This document shows, piece by piece, positions 57,141 through 64,000 of a DNA stretch of 64,000 bases (position 1 is its first letter; each line of letters begins with the position of its first letter). Made by a program: the position numbers and the translations under genes. The notes below the pieces were generated by a model. The model saw nothing but the letters and a program-made list of their open reading frames with translations. It was not told the origin of the DNA and ran no database searches. Source of the DNA: an uncultured bacterium (GTDB lineage Bacteria; Dictyoglomota; Dictyoglomia; Dictyoglomales; Dictyoglomaceae); assembly GCA_938034905.1 (NCBI GenBank), contig CALHLF010000010.1:6108-70107 (forward strand). Reading direction: 5' to 3'.

Positions 57141-57956
57141 ATGAAAAATAAAATAATAGTTGGAGTAGCTCCTGTGGGAGGATGGGGGGAAGGAAATAAT
57201 AATCCATTAACCCCTAAGGAGATAGCAGAAGAAGTTTATAGATGTTGGAATGAGGGAGCCTCATATGTACATCTTCATGTAAGAGATGAAAATGGTAAAT
57301 TGACAGATGATTTAACGTTATTTAAGGAGACTGTGGAACTTATAAAGGCAAAATGTGATATCATTATTGATGGCTCTACAGGAGGGTATCCTTCTCTTAC
57401 ACCTTATCAGAGAAGTCTTGTTTTGGAAGTTCCTGGTGTTGAATTAGCATCATTAAATATGGGATCATGCAATTTTTTTGATGGAGTTTATATTAATTCT
57501 CCAAAGGACATAGAATTTTGGGCAAATAAGATGCATGAAAAAGGTATAAAACCAATATTTGAAGTATTTGAAGTAGGTATGATTGAAAGTGCTAAAAAAA
57601 TTATAAATAAGAATTTATTTTCAGAACCATATCTTTTTGATTTTTGTTTGAATTTTCCTGGTGCAATGCCTATTTCTCCTAAAAATATTCTTTTTTTAGC
57701 AGAATCTTTACCTGAAAACTCTCTTTGGGGATTAGTATATTATAATGGTGAGGATTTTATTTTGATGCAAACTACTGCAATCTGTCTTAATGCTCATATG
57801 GTGAGATGTGGATTTGAAGATAGTCCATATATTGCAAAAGGAGAATTAGCAAAAAGTAATGCTCAACTGGTAGAAAAGCTTGTGGGAATAGCACGAAAAA
57901 TTGGTAAAGATATCGCTACACCTTCTGAGGCAAGAAAAATTATGGGCTTATCTTAA
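57141..57956 (+). CDS. beta-keto acid cleavage enzyme (BKACE / 3-keto-5-aminohexanoate cleavage, DUF849)
   Basis: 271 aa with IIVGVAPVGG...NPLTPKEIAEEV..CWNEGASYVHLHVRDENGK, the hallmark BKACE N-terminus. Confidence 0.85.
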   Translation: MKNKIIVGVAPVGGWGEGNNNPLTPKEIAEEVYRCWNEGASYVHLHVRDENGKLTDDLTLFKETVELIKAKCDIIIDGSTGGYPSLTPYQRSLVLEVPGVELASLNMGSCNFFDGVYINSPKDIEFWANKMHEKGIKPIFEVFEVGMIESAKKIINKNLFSEPYLFDFCLNFPGAMPISPKNILFLAESLPENSLWGLVYYNGEDFILMQTTAICLNAHMVRCGFEDSPYIAKGELAKSNAQLVEKLVGIARKIGKDIATPSEARKIMGLS

Positions 57957-58902
57957 TACCTTCTTTTCTTCTTATCACTTCGATGCATGCCTCTACAATA
58001 TGTTTTGGAGAAAGACCATAAATTTCAAAAAGTTCCTTCCAATCTCCGGATTCTCCAAAGGTATCTTTAAGTCCTATTCTTTTCATGGGAACAGGATAAT
58101 TTTCTACTAATACTTCTGCTACTGCTCCACCAAGTCCACCCATTATATTATGATCTTCACAGGTAACAATCCCTCCTGTTTTTTTTGCCAAAGTGATGAT
58201 AAGTTCTGAATCTATAGGTTTTATAGTGCTCATATCTATTACTTTAACTCTTATTCCCTTTTCTTTTAAAATTTTACTTGCTTCTAACGCCATAAGTACC
58301 ATGATTCCTGTTGCAATTATAGAAACATCATCTCCTTCATCTAAAACTATGTTTCCTTTACCAATTTTAAATTTATAAGATTCATCATATATTATTGGTG
58401 TTGGATTTCTCATAGTTCTTAGATAGGTAGGTCCGTAGTCTTCTGCTATAGCAAAAACTGCCTTTTTAGTTGCCACTGCATCTGCAGGATGAATTACTTT
58501 CATATTAGGCATGGACCTCATTATTGCAATGTCCTCTGTTCCTTGATGAGTTGGGCCATCTGCGCCCACTTGAATCCCTCCATGACTTGCTGCTATTTTT
58601 ACATTTACATTGGGATAACAAATGAAAGTTCTTACTTGTTCACAGGCCCTCATACTTGCAAATACCGCATAAGTACTTGTAAATACAATTTTCCCTGTAA
58701 TAGCTAATCCTGCTGCAACTAACATTAAATTTTGTTCTGCAACTCCCACATTAAAAGCTCTATCTGGGAACATCTTATGGAATTTTGTAGTGTAAGTAGA
58801 TTTTGAGATATCTGCATCAATTACCACCACATTAGGATTTACCTGTCCTAATTCTGCCAAGGCTTCTCCAAAAGCCTCTCTGGTAGCAATTTCCTTTTTC
58901 AT
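57940..58902 (-). CDS. transketolase, C-terminal (Pyr + C-domain) subunit
   Basis: 320 aa with REAFGEAL, FNVGVAEQNL and DGPTHQGTEDIA. Confidence 0.92.
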   Translation of the reverse strand: MKKEIATREAFGEALAELGQVNPNVVVIDADISKSTYTTKFHKMFPDRAFNVGVAEQNLMLVAAGLAITGKIVFTSTYAVFASMRACEQVRTFICYPNVNVKIAASHGGIQVGADGPTHQGTEDIAIMRSMPNMKVIHPADAVATKKAVFAIAEDYGPTYLRTMRNPTPIIYDESYKFKIGKGNIVLDEGDDVSIIATGIMVLMALEASKILKEKGIRVKVIDMSTIKPIDSELIITLAKKTGGIVTCEDHNIMGGLGGAVAEVLVENYPVPMKRIGLKDTFGESGDWKELFEIYGLSPKHIVEACIEVIRRKEGIKISP

Positions 58903-59738
58903 AATTTTAAAACCTCCTTCTCCAATTCTTCCATAGCTTTTTTATACTCCTCTTCCTTAGGTGCAAGTCCATGCCATTCTACTTCATTTTCCATAAAAGA
59001 TACCCCTTTCCCTTTTACAGTATGGGCAATGAGAACTGAAGGCCCTCCCACTTTAAATGCCCATTGAAAAGCATTTAGAATCTCTTCAATATTGTGTCCA
59101 TCCACTTCTTTTACCTTCCATCCAAATGCCTCCCATTTTTCTTTAAATGGTTCTACATTCATAATTTCCCTCAGCCATCCATCTACTTCAAGGCCGTTAT
59201 AATCTACAATTGCGAAGAGATTATCCAATTTGTAATGAGCTGCACACATCGCAGCTTCCCATATACTACCCTCCTGACATTCCCCATCTCCTAATAATAC
59301 AAAAACTCTTGATCTCTTATTTGACATTTTTAATCCTAAAGCCATTCCCACACCAATACCTAATCCATTTCCAAGGGATCCTGAAGTATAATCAACTCCA
59401 GGGGTTTTTTTCATATCTGGATGCCCTTGAAGAATAGAGTGAGTTTTTCTTAAGGTCCAAAGATGTTCCCTATCAAAAAATCCTCTTTTAGCAAGAGCAG
59501 CATAATGAATGGGACAGGAATGTCCCTTAGAAAGGATAAATCTATCTCTATCTTCCCATGCTGGATTCTTAGGATCAATGTTCATAATCTCGAAATACAA
59601 AACTGATATTATTTCTGCCGAGGAAAGAGAGCCTCCTGGATGTCCTGCCTTTGCTCTATAAATCATCTCAATTACATCTTTTCTCAACTCCCATGCTATT
59701 TTTTTAAGTCGCCTTACTTTCTCTTCCCATATTTCCAT
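58899..59738 (-). CDS. transketolase, N-terminal (ThDP PP-domain) subunit
   Basis: 279 aa with GHPGGSLS, LSKGH and GDGECQEGSIWEA. 4-nt overlap with the C-terminal subunit. Confidence 0.92.
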   Translation of the reverse strand: MEIWEEKVRRLKKIAWELRKDVIEMIYRAKAGHPGGSLSSAEIISVLYFEIMNIDPKNPAWEDRDRFILSKGHSCPIHYAALAKRGFFDREHLWTLRKTHSILQGHPDMKKTPGVDYTSGSLGNGLGIGVGMALGLKMSNKRSRVFVLLGDGECQEGSIWEAAMCAAHYKLDNLFAIVDYNGLEVDGWLREIMNVEPFKEKWEAFGWKVKEVDGHNIEEILNAFQWAFKVGGPSVLIAHTVKGKGVSFMENEVEWHGLAPKEEEYKKAMEELEKEVLKL

Positions 59739-59772
59739 ACTAATTTCCTCCCAAATCCTTAATATGAATACC

Positions 59773-59785
59773 GTATACAGTATTC
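59773..59785. promoter_or_regulatory. 13-bp box GTATACAGTATtC (site 2): candidate GntR operator
   Basis: Abuts the -10 hexamer of the transketolase promoter. 12 of 13 positions match site 1. Confidence 0.55.
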
Positions 59786-59814
59786 ATTATAGCAAGTAAA
59801 AGCTAAAAATACAA
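59786..59814 (-). promoter_or_regulatory. sigma-70-like promoter of the split-transketolase operon
   Basis: Minus strand TTGTAT, 17-nt spacer, TATAAT. Confidence 0.5.
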
Positions 59815-59828
59815 GATGTGATTTTTTA

Positions 59829-61193
59829 CTAGTTTATAAACTTTCTATAGACTTCTAAAAGAGTATCTTCATCCCCCACATTTCCAGGAAAAACTATATA
59901 AAGAAGTCCTGGATATTTACTTTCTTCTCCCAATTCCCATACAGGTATACCAGGGAAAATTTGACCTAAAACTTTAACCTTTTTTGCTTTTAGCCCTTTT
60001 TGAGCTAATATATGAGAAGTTATTCCTCCCTTTACTATTATGAAATCAGGCCTTTCCTTAAGATTTTTTACTAAATTACTCAAGAAACTTGATATTCTTT
60101 GTCCTATCCTAAGGGGACTAAATTTTTCATCTTTAAAATATTCTCTTTCAGTATATATAACTACGGATTTTCTATTCTTTAACATTTCATCAGTTTTTAG
60201 AGTAATATTTTTTAAATAATTTTTTGAATTATTTATCACTTCTTTAATTTTAATCTCAATATTTTCCAAACTTGAACTCTTCAGTAACTTTATAAGCTGT
60301 GTTGTAGTCATTTTTACATAGGAACCTACTATTATTAATCCCCTTTCTCCCTTTTTCGGCAATATCAAATCCTTTTCTTCCAAGCCTCCTCGAATTTTTA
60401 CAAACGAGGCTGCGGTTCTATATAAAAATCTTTTCCCTTTCTTTTCTGACTCTAATAATCCTAATACAAAAACCTCTAAATCCTCATCACAAAGAGAATT
60501 AACAATTATAGGTCTTCCATTTTTTACTTTTAACAAAATTTCTTTAACTCTTTCAGGCCCTCCCAATCTTATATCTTCAATAGAAATAGATAAAACATCC
60601 TCTTTTTTCCAAAAACTTTTAGATTTTTCCTCTATCCAAGAGGGAAGATGAGCATTTTTATATCCAAAAATTGGATCTAAACTAAATTCTGTTTTATTTA
60701 CCTCTATTAATTTATCATTTCTTATTAAAAAATGATAGTCAAATATTGTAATTCTTTTTCCCTCACCAAAATATGGGATAATAATTATCCCATCGTATGG
60801 TCCTAAAAAATCCATTAGAGTTTTGACTTCTCCAAAGAAATGTCCCCGAAGGGTAGAATCACTTCTACTTATTATCTTGAGATGTTTTATATCTAAATAT
60901 TTTAAAAATTTTTGGGCTATCTCCCTATTTAAAGATATTGCTTTCCTCTCAGAGTATGCCCGTGAATTAGTGAGAATATAGAATATATTCTCTTTAAGAA
61001 TTACATCTTTTAAAATAGGTTCCTCAAAATTTAGAAGCAATAAGAGATCATGAACTGTTTGGCATCCTGTAGGATCATCATCTAATACTATGATCTTATC
61101 CTTTGAAATCTGATTCGCTTCTTTTATTTTCTTTCTTGCATCGGGTATTTTTAGTACTTTTGGTAAATTCTTACTAATTTCTGAATACTTCAT
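59829..61193 (-). CDS. four-carbon acid-sugar kinase family protein (DUF1537; OtnK/DtnK-like)
   Basis: 454 aa. The N-terminal IIVLDDDPTGCQT motif and two-domain length are typical of DUF1537. Confidence 0.8.
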   Translation of the reverse strand: MKYSEISKNLPKVLKIPDARKKIKEANQISKDKIIVLDDDPTGCQTVHDLLLLLNFEEPILKDVILKENIFYILTNSRAYSERKAISLNREIAQKFLKYLDIKHLKIISRSDSTLRGHFFGEVKTLMDFLGPYDGIIIIPYFGEGKRITIFDYHFLIRNDKLIEVNKTEFSLDPIFGYKNAHLPSWIEEKSKSFWKKEDVLSISIEDIRLGGPERVKEILLKVKNGRPIIVNSLCDEDLEVFVLGLLESEKKGKRFLYRTAASFVKIRGGLEEKDLILPKKGERGLIIVGSYVKMTTTQLIKLLKSSSLENIEIKIKEVINNSKNYLKNITLKTDEMLKNRKSVVIYTEREYFKDEKFSPLRIGQRISSFLSNLVKNLKERPDFIIVKGGITSHILAQKGLKAKKVKVLGQIFPGIPVWELGEESKYPGLLYIVFPGNVGDEDTLLEVYRKFIN

Positions 61194-61206
61194 GAGGAGA
61201 TAAAAG

Positions 61207-62184
61207 TTATTTTTTATTTAATACTTCCTTATTAACTAAGGTCCTTGGAATTCTTCCCTCAAAATAATCAATTATATTCTCAGCACATAAAATTGACATT
61301 CCAGATCTTGCGGTTTCTGTTGCACTTCCTATATGAGGCAACATAACTACATTTTCAAGTTCAGCAAGTTCTGGTTCAAATTCAGGTTCCCTCTCATATA
61401 CATCTAATCCTGCTCCCCAAATCCATCCTTCCTTTAAGGCTTTTACTAATGCTTTTTCATCTACTATAGGGCCTCTTGCAGTATTTATCAATATAGCAGA
61501 ACTTTTCATAAGTCTTAATTCTCTTTCTGAAATAAGATGTCTTGTTTGGGGAGTTAAGGGAACATGTATAGAGATAAAATCTGATTCCTTTAAAAGAGTA
61601 TCAAGATCTACAAACTGAGCGGGAATTTCCTTTTCTGCATTTTCATTTCTTACAAGATCATAGTACAAAACTCTCATATTAAATCCTTTAGACATTTTTG
61701 CAAAAGCATATCCGATTCTTCCCATTCCAATTATTCCTAAAACTTTTCCCGAAATCTCTTTTCCTAAAAAAAGCATAGGCCCCCATCCTTTATATTGCCC
61801 TGCTCTCATAAATTTATCCGCAGGAATAATTCTTCTTGCCGTTGCAAAAAGTAATGCCCAAGCAAGTTCTGCGGTAGCATTGGTTAAAACCCCTGGGGTA
61901 TTGGTAACAAATACTCCCCTTTTCGTTGCCTCTTCTAAGTCAATATTATCGTATCCTACTGCGTAATTTGCCACTATCTTAATATTCTTACCTACCTCAA
62001 AAAATTCTTTATCTACTTTATCTACAAGTTGAGTTATTACAGCATCCTTATCTTTAATCCCTTCTAATAATTCTTCTCGGGTTAGAGGTCTGTCATATGG
62101 ACTTACTTCTACATAAAATCCCTTCTCTTTTAATAAATTAATTCCATCCTCCATAATCTTACGCGTAACAAATATCCTTTTCAT
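61207..62184 (-). CDS. D-isomer-specific 2-hydroxyacid dehydrogenase (glyoxylate/hydroxypyruvate reductase-like)
   Basis: GIIGMGRIGYAFA NAD motif, NTARG and LPHIGSAT catalytic His region. The start is taken at MKRIFVTRK (ATG 62182-62184, RBS GGGAGGG) rather than the track start. Confidence 0.9.
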   Translation of the reverse strand: MKRIFVTRKIMEDGINLLKEKGFYVEVSPYDRPLTREELLEGIKDKDAVITQLVDKVDKEFFEVGKNIKIVANYAVGYDNIDLEEATKRGVFVTNTPGVLTNATAELAWALLFATARRIIPADKFMRAGQYKGWGPMLFLGKEISGKVLGIIGMGRIGYAFAKMSKGFNMRVLYYDLVRNENAEKEIPAQFVDLDTLLKESDFISIHVPLTPQTRHLISERELRLMKSSAILINTARGPIVDEKALVKALKEGWIWGAGLDVYEREPEFEPELAELENVVMLPHIGSATETARSGMSILCAENIIDYFEGRIPRTLVNKEVLNKK

Positions 62185-62207
62185 AAAAGTCCCTCCCATA
62201 AAAAATT

Positions 62208-62220
62208 GTATACAGTACAC
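62208..62220. promoter_or_regulatory. 13-bp box GTATACAGTAcAC (site 3): candidate GntR operator
   Basis: Abuts the extended -10 (TGtTATAAT, 62221-62229, minus strand) upstream of the dehydrogenase-kinase unit. Confidence 0.55.
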
Positions 62221-62229
62221 ATTATAACA
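62221..62229 (-). promoter_or_regulatory. extended -10 promoter element TGtTATAAT for the dehydrogenase-kinase unit
   Basis: The reverse complement of attataaca is tgttataat. Confidence 0.45.
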
Positions 62230-62275
62230 TAAACAAATTAATTTTTAAATAAATCAATTTTCAGAAAGATTATTC

Positions 62276-62902
62276 TTATAAAGATTCTATTTTTCTAATA
62301 GTTCTCCTAATATGCTCTCTCATTAATTCCTCGGCCTTTTTACTATCTTTTTCTTTCAAAGCTTCTATAATTCCTAAATGTTCTGGCAAAGTTTCCTTTG
62401 GATCTCTCAATAAACCTTGAAAGAGACATACAGAAAGAAGCCAGAAATTATTTGTTGCTTGACTTAAAATATGATTTCTAACACGTTTTGCTAATCCCGT
62501 ATGGAATTCAATATCCGTATTCCTATATTCTGTGTAATCTCCTTTTTCCACCGAAGACTTATATCGGGACTCTATCTCATTTAGCCATTCAATATCAGGA
62601 TCTTTAGCTGTGAGTCTCGCAGTTAGGCCCTCTAATAAAGCTCTTATTTCAAATATTATTACTAATTCTTCTCGAGTTAATTCCCTAACGTATAATCTGC
62701 CATTTTCCTCTCTTACTAAATATTCCTTTTCTAATTGACTGAGAGCCCTTCTCAAAGGAGTTCTACTTACTCCCATTTCCTTTGCAATTTGTTCCTGAAT
62801 AATCTGATCGCCAGGTTTTAAGATTCCTTTTAAGATCATCTCTTTTAATTTTTCGTAAACTAAAATATCTAATGTCTTTTTTTCTATTTTTGATATCCTC
62901 AT
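62276..62902 (-). CDS. GntR family transcriptional regulator, FadR subfamily (FCD effector domain)
   Basis: 208 aa. wHTH EQIAKEMGVSRTPLRRALSQLEKEYLV and an all-helical C-terminal FCD-like domain with His residues (EFH, EH). Confidence 0.9.
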   Translation of the reverse strand: MRISKIEKKTLDILVYEKLKEMILKGILKPGDQIIQEQIAKEMGVSRTPLRRALSQLEKEYLVREENGRLYVRELTREELVIIFEIRALLEGLTARLTAKDPDIEWLNEIESRYKSSVEKGDYTEYRNTDIEFHTGLAKRVRNHILSQATNNFWLLSVCLFQGLLRDPKETLPEHLGIIEALKEKDSKKAEELMREHIRRTIRKIESL

Positions 62903-62928
62903 TCTATCCTCCCTTTCTTATTTTGTTA

Positions 62929-62941
62929 GCATACAGTATAC
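62929..62941. promoter_or_regulatory. 13-bp box GcATACAGTATAC (site 4): candidate autoregulatory GntR operator
   Basis: Overlaps a minus-strand TGgTATACT extended -10 upstream of the GntR gene. Confidence 0.55.
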
Positions 62942-62975
62942 CATATTTTCTTTATTTTTATAAAACAAAGAAAAA

Positions 62976-63004
62976 TTGAAAACCTAAAAGATAATTGTTA
63001 TAAT
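62976..63004 (+). promoter_or_regulatory. sigma-70-like promoter of the rubrerythrin gene
   Basis: TTGAAA (62976-62981), 17-nt spacer, TATAAT (62999-63004). Confidence 0.55.
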
Positions 63005-63026
63005 TTTAAAAAAGGAGGTGAATAAT

Positions 63027-63536
63027 ATGAGAAAAATGACAGAAAAATTTCTCCAAGATGCTTTTGCAGGAGAAAGTATGGCCCACATGAAGTATACTAT
63101 TTTTGCAGAAGAAGCAGAAAAGAAAGGATTAATAAAGCTTGCAAATCTTTACAGAGCAATTGCTTATGCTGAGTTTGTCCATGCAAGGAATCACTATAGA
63201 GAGTTAGGACTGATTCAGGATATAATAAGTAATATCCAGCAATGTATTGATGGAGAAACCTTTGAAATTGAAGAGATGTATCCTGTTTATAACAACACTG
63301 CCCTTTCCCAAAATGAGAAAGGAGCAGAGAGAAGTACAAGATTCGCTTGGGAAGCAGAGAAAATTCATGCAGAGATGTATAAAAAAGCAAAGGAACTTGC
63401 AAGTAAAAATGAGGATTATCCAGTAGGAAAAATTTATATATGTCCCATCTGTGGACATACAGTAGAAGGAGAACCTCCAGAAAAATGCCCTGTTTGTGGC
63501 GCTCCTAAAAGTTCTTATAAAGAATTCTCAGTATAA
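63027..63536 (+). CDS. rbr: rubrerythrin
   Basis: Diiron four-helix bundle (E..H motifs) plus a C-terminal rubredoxin-like CPICGH...CPVCGAP. The ATG at 63027 is 8 nt after AGGAGG. Confidence 0.9.
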   Translation: MRKMTEKFLQDAFAGESMAHMKYTIFAEEAEKKGLIKLANLYRAIAYAEFVHARNHYRELGLIQDIISNIQQCIDGETFEIEEMYPVYNNTALSQNEKGAERSTRFAWEAEKIHAEMYKKAKELASKNEDYPVGKIYICPICGHTVEGEPPEKCPVCGAPKSSYKEFSV

Positions 63537-63554
63537 AAATTGGGAGGTGATTTT

Positions 63555-63996
63555 ATTGTCTGTAAAGGAAGAATTAATTAGGATGCTTAATAGAGCTTTA
63601 GAATTGGAACATGCAGCAAGAATTCAGTACTTAGCTCACGCAGAACTTGTTAAGGGATTAAATGCAGAACCTATTATGGAAAGATTAAAGGAGATTGCCA
63701 GCGATGAGGAAAAGCATGAGAAAATCTTTAGATCTTTAATTGCCAATTATTTAAATGGGGAGCCATCTATGGGAATTGCAGAAACTTATAAAGCAAAGGA
63801 AATTAAAGATATTTTAGAAGTAAACTTAAAGGGAGAAAAAGAGGCTATAGATTTCTATAAAGAAATTTATAGAAAGGTAGTTGAGAATAAATCTGAATTC
63901 CCCTATGAATTTGAAACCTTAGAACACCAAATAAGGCATGTAATAATTGATGAAGAGGAGCATGTGGTCGAGCTTTCAACCCTTTTAGGATTATGA
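63555..63996 (+). CDS. ferritin-like (bacterioferritin/DUF-type) diiron protein
   Basis: LNRALELEHAARIQY, EEKHEKI and IIDEEEHVVEL E/H helix motifs. TTG start inferred 7 nt after GGAGG. Confidence 0.7.
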
Positions 63997-64000
63997 ACTT

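Overview
AT-rich, very gene-dense 64-kb chromosomal segment from an anaerobic, thermophile-like saccharolytic bacterium. Protein composition (K/E/I-rich) and gene content resemble Dictyoglomus or Thermotogae-type genomes, but that is a low-confidence guess. I support about 62 CDS, 2 tRNAs (Ser-UGA, Asn-GUU) and 1 TPP riboswitch with a terminator. I found no rRNA, CRISPR array, transposase or integrase. Housekeeping genes: gyrA, dnaA, hflKC, rluD, rqcH, cysE, argF, and an fhs-folD-metV-metF one-carbon operon. There is also a homocitrate-synthase/aconitase-type operon and a beta-glucan/chitin-type sugar block (two tandem GH94 phosphorylases, a ROK regulator, glgP, nagA, a GH1 beta-glucosidase). 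The most unusual part is 50.5-62.9 kb. It is a multi-operon locus next to a FadR-type GntR regulator, containing a TctCBA transporter, three isomerase-type proteins, a crotonase, a BKACE enzyme, a split transketolase, a DUF1537 acid-sugar kinase, a 2-hydroxyacid dehydrogenase and an AKR-ferredoxin fusion. A 13-bp box (GTATACAGTATAC) recurs four times at or beside its -10 elements. I cannot match this gene combination to a described pathway. Other sequence-level observations: two CRP-type boxes (GTGAT-N4-ATCAC) at class-II distance from weak promoters; a UUU-UGA frameshift site that would rejoin a TM-helix ORF to a decayed SBP-GAF-HD-GYP sensor; a ThiT with a large insertion; an orphan leader terminator; and a strong intercistronic hairpin. 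All protein calls come from motif recognition by eye. No alignments or searches were run.
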